Shown: one piece after another, positions 60,145 to 64,000 of the stretch
Layout: the number at the start of each line of letters is the position of its first letter
How positions within the stretch are numbered: the first letter of the stretch is position 1
Notes under the pieces: generated by a model
What the model was told of the DNA's origin: nothing
The model's input: the letters and a program-made list of their open reading frames with translations, nothing else
The model's database searches: none
Made by a program: the position numbers and the translations under genes
NCBI GenBank assembly: GCA_027858745.1
Contig: JAQICB010000077.1
Coordinates: 6,224-70,223 of the forward strand
DNA from: Bacteroidales bacterium
GTDB lineage: Bacteria > Bacteroidota > Bacteroidia > Bacteroidales > UBA1715
DNA length: 64,000 nt
Direction of reading: 5' to 3'

Positions 60145-61131
60145 TTATTTGTTGTGCTCTTTTATTGTATGTTCAATTATTGCAGTAAAAACATCAGATT
60201 CTTTCAATCCTGCCGCTCGTATTTGCTGAGGAATTATACTGGCTTTACTCATGCCGGGAATGGTGTTTATTTCGAGCATATACAATGTATTGTTTTGCAC
60301 AATATAATCGATACGGCATATTCCCTTGCATTGAAGTAATGTATATATCTGTTTTGTAAGATCTTGACATATTTTTGTAAGTTCGTTCGATAATCGGGCA
60401 GGGGTAATTTCATTGCTTTTCCCTTCATATTTTGCCTGATAATCAAAAAAATCATTTGTTGTTTCAATTTCGGTAATTGGAAGTACATGAACTGTGTTTT
60501 CTATTCTGTAGACACCGTTTGAGATTTCAACACCTTCAATGAAACTTTCAATTAAGACTTCGGTGTCTTCTTTGAGTGCACATTCAATAGCCGGAAGCAG
60601 TTGTTCTTTTGTGCTTACTTTTGATATACCAAAACTTGATCCGCCATTATTAGGTTTCACAAAACAGGGGAGTCCGAGTTCTGAAAGTATATGCTCTTCA
60701 TTGATTTCTGCTCCTTCAACAATCAACACACCCTTAGCACTCTTTATGCCGAAGGAGTTTAAAAATGTCTTTGTGGCATATTTATTAAATGTGAGTGCAG
60801 ATGAAAACACATCTGAATTAGTGTATGGCATATTAAGTAACTCAAAATATGCCGACAAGTGTCCGTCTTCTCCTGGAGTGCCGTGAATTGAATTATAAAT
60901 GCAATCAAAGAATATAACAGAATTGTCTATGGAAATGGTGAAATTATCTTTGTGTACCGGGTATTTCACCCCCTCATATAAGGCATACCATGAATCTTTT
61001 TCGATAAATATAGGATACAGAGAATATGCGTTTGTATCCATCATTTCGCACAATTGGTGTGTGCTGTTTTTCGATATTTCCGCTTCGGAAGAGTATCCAC
61101 CACCTAAAATTGCTATATTTTTTTTGTTCAT
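60145..61131 (-). CDS. ddl: D-alanine--D-alanine ligase
   Basis: 328 aa. ATP-grasp motifs PCFVKPNNGGSSFGISKV and LEINTIPGM. N-terminal IAILGGGYSSE. Confidence 0.9.
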   Translation of the reverse strand: MNKKNIAILGGGYSSEAEISKNSTHQLCEMMDTNAYSLYPIFIEKDSWYALYEGVKYPVHKDNFTISIDNSVIFFDCIYNSIHGTPGEDGHLSAYFELLNMPYTNSDVFSSALTFNKYATKTFLNSFGIKSAKGVLIVEGAEINEEHILSELGLPCFVKPNNGGSSFGISKVSTKEQLLPAIECALKEDTEVLIESFIEGVEISNGVYRIENTVHVLPITEIETTNDFFDYQAKYEGKSNEITPARLSNELTKICQDLTKQIYTLLQCKGICRIDYIVQNNTLYMLEINTIPGMSKASIIPQQIRAAGLKESDVFTAIIEHTIKEHNK

Positions 61132-61967
61132 AGGTCTTTTGATTTTTGTGTCTTTTGATTAATTATATATTGTTCAATGTATGAATTATATGTTTTGAGT
61201 ATTGATTGTATTATGCTGTTGTCGACAGAAAATGTCTGTGTACCGATAGATTTAATGGGTAAAATTCGAGGTGATGTTCCCGTAAAAAAAGCACTTGTAT
61301 ATTCTGGTAATGAAGCAGCAGAAATTTTTTTTTCGAAAACAGGAATATGTAATATATGTGCAATTTCAATAATTTTTTTGCGACTGATTCCATTCAACAC
61401 ATCTTGTTCGGGTGCCGTAACAAGATTTGACTGCGAATCGACAAAAAATATATTTGTACGACTCCCTTCGCGGATATTGTTAGATGAGTCAACAAGCACA
61501 ATATCATACAATTGCCTTTTTTGTATCTCAATATTGGCAATTTCTCGTACGGGGAGCTCTTGTTTCACCTTCGGATTGCTCCGTTCGGCATATAAAAGGT
61601 CAGAACTCACCCCATTTTCATACATGTTTTTGTCGGGGTACGAATGTTTAATTTGATAGATAAAAAGCTGTGTATAATGTGAATAACAATTACATGATAT
61701 TCGAATATTTCCTTCCACAATATTTTCTCGTTCAATAAATTCCATAATTGCTCTATGCAATCCTTTGAGTGTATAGGAATGTGGTACGTTCGCTAGAGAA
61801 AGACTTTGTAAAAATCGATTAATATGTTCTTCCCAAAATAAAGGAATAGACTGTTGAATACGAATAATATCGTAAATAATTTTTTCGGATTCAGGAATAA
61901 TAATTGAGTTCGCCCGTTGGAATTCAAAATCTACTGAAACATATGTAGATATACAATTTGGAATCAT
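61128..61967 (-). CDS. class IV (fold type IV) PLP aminotransferase family protein
   Basis: 279 aa. EGSRTNIFFV and VLNGISRKKIIEIA are typical of the BCAT / D-amino-acid aminotransferase / ADC lyase family. 4-nt ATGA overlap with ddl. Confidence 0.65.
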   Translation of the reverse strand: MIPNCISTYVSVDFEFQRANSIIIPESEKIIYDIIRIQQSIPLFWEEHINRFLQSLSLANVPHSYTLKGLHRAIMEFIERENIVEGNIRISCNCYSHYTQLFIYQIKHSYPDKNMYENGVSSDLLYAERSNPKVKQELPVREIANIEIQKRQLYDIVLVDSSNNIREGSRTNIFFVDSQSNLVTAPEQDVLNGISRKKIIEIAHILHIPVFEKKISAASLPEYTSAFFTGTSPRILPIKSIGTQTFSVDNSIIQSILKTYNSYIEQYIINQKTQKSKDL

Positions 61968-61984
61968 CTGTTAATTTTAAAATT

Positions 61985-61992
61985 CAAATATA
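61985..61992 (-). promoter_or_regulatory. candidate -7 box (TATATTTG on minus strand) for the class IV aminotransferase-ddl unit
   Basis: CAAATATA on the plus strand, 17 nt upstream of the ATG at 61967. Confidence 0.4.
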
Positions 61993-62060
61993 CACACTTT
62001 TTTAACTGTGCAAATAATAAAAATCTATAGAAACAATATTATGAATCAATTTTCATTTTT

Positions 62061-62068
62061 TATATTTG
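62061..62068 (+). promoter_or_regulatory. candidate -7 box TATATTTG for the 62088 gene cluster
   Basis: TAnnTTTG match 19 nt upstream of the ATG at 62088. Confidence 0.4.
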
Positions 62069-62087
62069 CTGACACAAAAAAAATACT

Positions 62088-62591
62088 ATGGTAATTCACA
62101 ACAACAAATTAATAACAAAAATTCAGAAAAAATTCTTTATTTCTTTGATTTTACTGCTTAGTTTAATTGTGTTAACATTAGCTGCTGATACAATTTTATC
62201 TGAATTTGGCTATATTGAATCTTTTAGTTTTTTATATAGATTTCTATTTATTGTTGGGTATTGCGCCTTTTTTTATATCTCTTTTCGCAAAGATTTTTCA
62301 AAAAAACATCATTTCATTTACTTTAGCGACGATGATCCTCAATTCCTTGTGTTTAGATTTTATCCGCTTTTTCAATTTAAGAGATCGTATACTACCTATA
62401 AATTACCGATAACATCATTTTATTCTTCGGAGATACAGCGAGATGATGAGAATGTGTGGCTGATTTTGTATCAAAAAAATGAGCAGCAAAAAATTGCAAA
62501 ATATCCGGCCATAAATCTTAATAGTTTTTCGGAAAAACAAATATTATCTTTATCAGAAGTATTAAACCAGTATTCACAAACTAAAAAATAA
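62088..62591 (+). CDS. hypothetical membrane protein (2 TM plus soluble C-terminal domain)
   Basis: 167 aa. Two hydrophobic helices (FFISLILLLSLIVLTLAA, FLFIVGYCAFFYISF). No recognisable motif. Confidence 0.45.
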   Translation: MVIHNNKLITKIQKKFFISLILLLSLIVLTLAADTILSEFGYIESFSFLYRFLFIVGYCAFFYISFRKDFSKKHHFIYFSDDDPQFLVFRFYPLFQFKRSYTTYKLPITSFYSSEIQRDDENVWLILYQKNEQQKIAKYPAINLNSFSEKQILSLSEVLNQYSQTKK

Positions 62592-62602
62592 TAAATAAAC
62601 AT

Positions 62603-63085
62603 ATGAAAAAACATGCATTAATTCTCGTAGTTTTATTTTTCTCAGTAGCTACTGCTTTTTCGCAACGATCAAATCAAAAATGGTTTAACACCGCTTTTGG
62701 TATGCGTATAGAGGGAGGTGCCGGTTCTTCTGGTACAGTTGGAGTAACATATGAACGTGCTGTGAGTACCAAAACTCATTTTGACTTTTTTGTGCTTACA
62801 AATTTCAGTTCAGGTGTTGAAGCTAATTTATTATATAAATTTGTTAATTCAATTCCTGATGTTCCTGCCAGTTTACGATGGTATATTGGTTTTGGTGCTC
62901 ATGCCGGAACATGGGGAAATGGAAATTTCGATGCAGGACCTGATGGTGTTTTGGGGATAGGATATGTATTTGTTCCTGATGTGCCCTTAAATCTCACTAT
63001 TGATTGGCATCCTAGTGTTGATGTTTTAAATAGTGGTTTTAATGCTGCGAAATTTGGATTCAGTATTCGATATATTGTAGAATAA
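62603..63085 (+). CDS. hypothetical secreted protein, small OM beta-barrel-like
   Basis: 160 aa. Signal peptide MKKHALILVVLFFSVATAFSQ. Gly/aromatic-rich alternating strands. Confidence 0.5.
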   Translation: MKKHALILVVLFFSVATAFSQRSNQKWFNTAFGMRIEGGAGSSGTVGVTYERAVSTKTHFDFFVLTNFSSGVEANLLYKFVNSIPDVPASLRWYIGFGAHAGTWGNGNFDAGPDGVLGIGYVFVPDVPLNLTIDWHPSVDVLNSGFNAAKFGFSIRYIVE

Positions 63086-63098
63086 TAAAAATATAGTT

Positions 63099-64000
63099 AT
63101 GAGAAATTGTTTATTTATTTGTCTTATAGGAATTATCGCATTTGCTTTTTCATGTTCTTCAGAACAAACGCAAAACGATGATACGAACATGCACAATCAT
63201 TTGATTCAACCAACAGTAGAGTTAACATACGAATATAATATGTATGTACCGCAAGAATATTGGTTTATGAAAGGAATTGATGGAGAGAGTTTTATATCAA
63301 AGCTTTTTAAAAAAACAGCACAAGGAGAGTTAACAGCTTTTTATCCGTTTACAACAACTGCGTATCCGGAGGGGCAAGCTGCAATGACTTTTTCTCAAGA
63401 ATCTCAGTCAGCTGTTCCGGTATCCGAAATGACACATCTTGTGTTTGATGAAGAGTGGGCTTTTGATTCGGCACAGAATAAGATGATAAAGAAAGTGAAA
63501 AATTATTCTTTGGTACGCTCTCAAAAAACACAGGATTCTATTACCGAAATTAAAAAAACACTCCTTGCTACATATAATTGTGATGAGGCTGAGCAGATAG
63601 ACACAAACGATTCTCATGTTGTTTTGTTGGGAACAAATATTGCGTATGAAGTTGCGTTTGATAATCAGATATTTAAAAATTCTTTTGATAATTTTCCGAC
63701 ATCTCATGTTGTTCAGGTACTAACAGATAATATTTTATCGGGAAAACATTCTGTATATGTTTTCACATCTCGCGATCCTTTGCAAAAAATGACTCCTCAG
63801 GAAGTTCGTGAAAGTCTGGGTGAGGAGATTAAGGAGTCTGAATATTATTTTGAAGATTCCGATTCTCTTCTTACTGAATACGACACGGTACGTATGGATT
63901 ATTCCGAAATAAAAGGCTTTGCTTTTATAGAAGATTGGTATATTAATACCAACAATATGAGTATATATAAAATAGTAAAAGGTTATGCTCCGGTTCGAGA
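63099..64000 (+). CDS. hypothetical lipoprotein, 3'-truncated by the window edge; not in the ORF track
   Basis: My own translation from the ATG at 63099 (MRNCLFICLIGIIAFAFSCSSEQTQNDD...) stays open for 300 codons to the window end. Lipobox AFSC. Lies 13 nt after the preceding gene. Confidence 0.6.
   Translation, partial: MRNCLFICLIGIIAFAFSCSSEQTQNDDTNMHNHLIQPTVELTYEYNMYVPQEYWFMKGIDGESFISKLFKKTAQGELTAFYPFTTTAYPEGQAAMTFSQESQSAVPVSEMTHLVFDEEWAFDSAQNKMIKKVKNYSLVRSQKTQDSITEIKKTLLATYNCDEAEQIDTNDSHVVLLGTNIAYEVAFDNQIFKNSFDNFPTSHVVQVLTDNILSGKHSVYVFTSRDPLQKMTPQEVRESLGEEIKESEYYFEDSDSLLTEYDTVRMDYSEIKGFAFIEDWYINTNNMSIYKIVKGYAPVR

Overview
This is a visibly AT-rich 64-kb window that looks like ordinary chromosomal core from a Bacteroidota bacterium, probably an anaerobe or microaerotolerant one. 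Three things support the phylum call: T9SS-type C-terminal sorting tails, a DUF349 protein, and recurrent TAnnTTTG -7 boxes just upstream of start codons. About 55 protein genes are packed tightly. I saw no rRNA, tRNA, CRISPR array, integrase, transposase, prophage or recognisable defence genes.

Gene content, in order:
- DEAD-box helicase.
- A same-strand redox block: ferritin, rubredoxin, flavodiiron protein and desulfoferrodoxin, then gnd-zwf-pgl-flavodoxin.
- NdpA-like nucleoid protein, AlaDH-family dehydrogenase, FKBP, a frameshifted TPR lipoprotein, RlmN, and two SSS transporters.
- RecR preceded by a SET-domain gene, a LOG-family protein, and UvrA.
- A Wza/Wzc/WecA-like polysaccharide export cassette with an SLT transglycosylase.
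- A GH94 phosphorylase, MtaB, HU, and a GLUG-repeat T9SS cargo protein.
- An aminotransferase, an AsnB-like amidotransferase and a GT4.
- YbjQ, PurL, an MqnC/MqnE-family radical SAM protein, and PepA.
- An Hpt-STAS-REC/PP2C signalling cassette.
- GlgB, PyrG, DUF349, Ddl, and a class IV aminotransferase.

I do not see a clear-cut novel multi-gene system such as a defence island. The observations most worth follow-up are:
1. A MITE-like element family with 13-bp perfect terminal inverted repeats and copy-specific 3-bp target-site duplications. There are two copies plus a 10-bp footprint-like remnant, all in gaps between convergent genes.
2. An orphan Hpt / STAS / receiver-PP2C partner-switching cassette that is stop/start-overlapped with pepA.
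3. A SET-domain methyltransferase gene that is stop/start-overlapped with recR.
4. A textbook 54-aa rubredoxin gene missing from the ORF track. It completes an O2-detoxification operon next to the oxidative pentose-phosphate genes.
5. A promoter-plus-long-hairpin-plus-U8 leader or small-RNA candidate upstream of a secreted hypothetical protein.
6. A TPR lipoprotein split at an A5 homopolymer.
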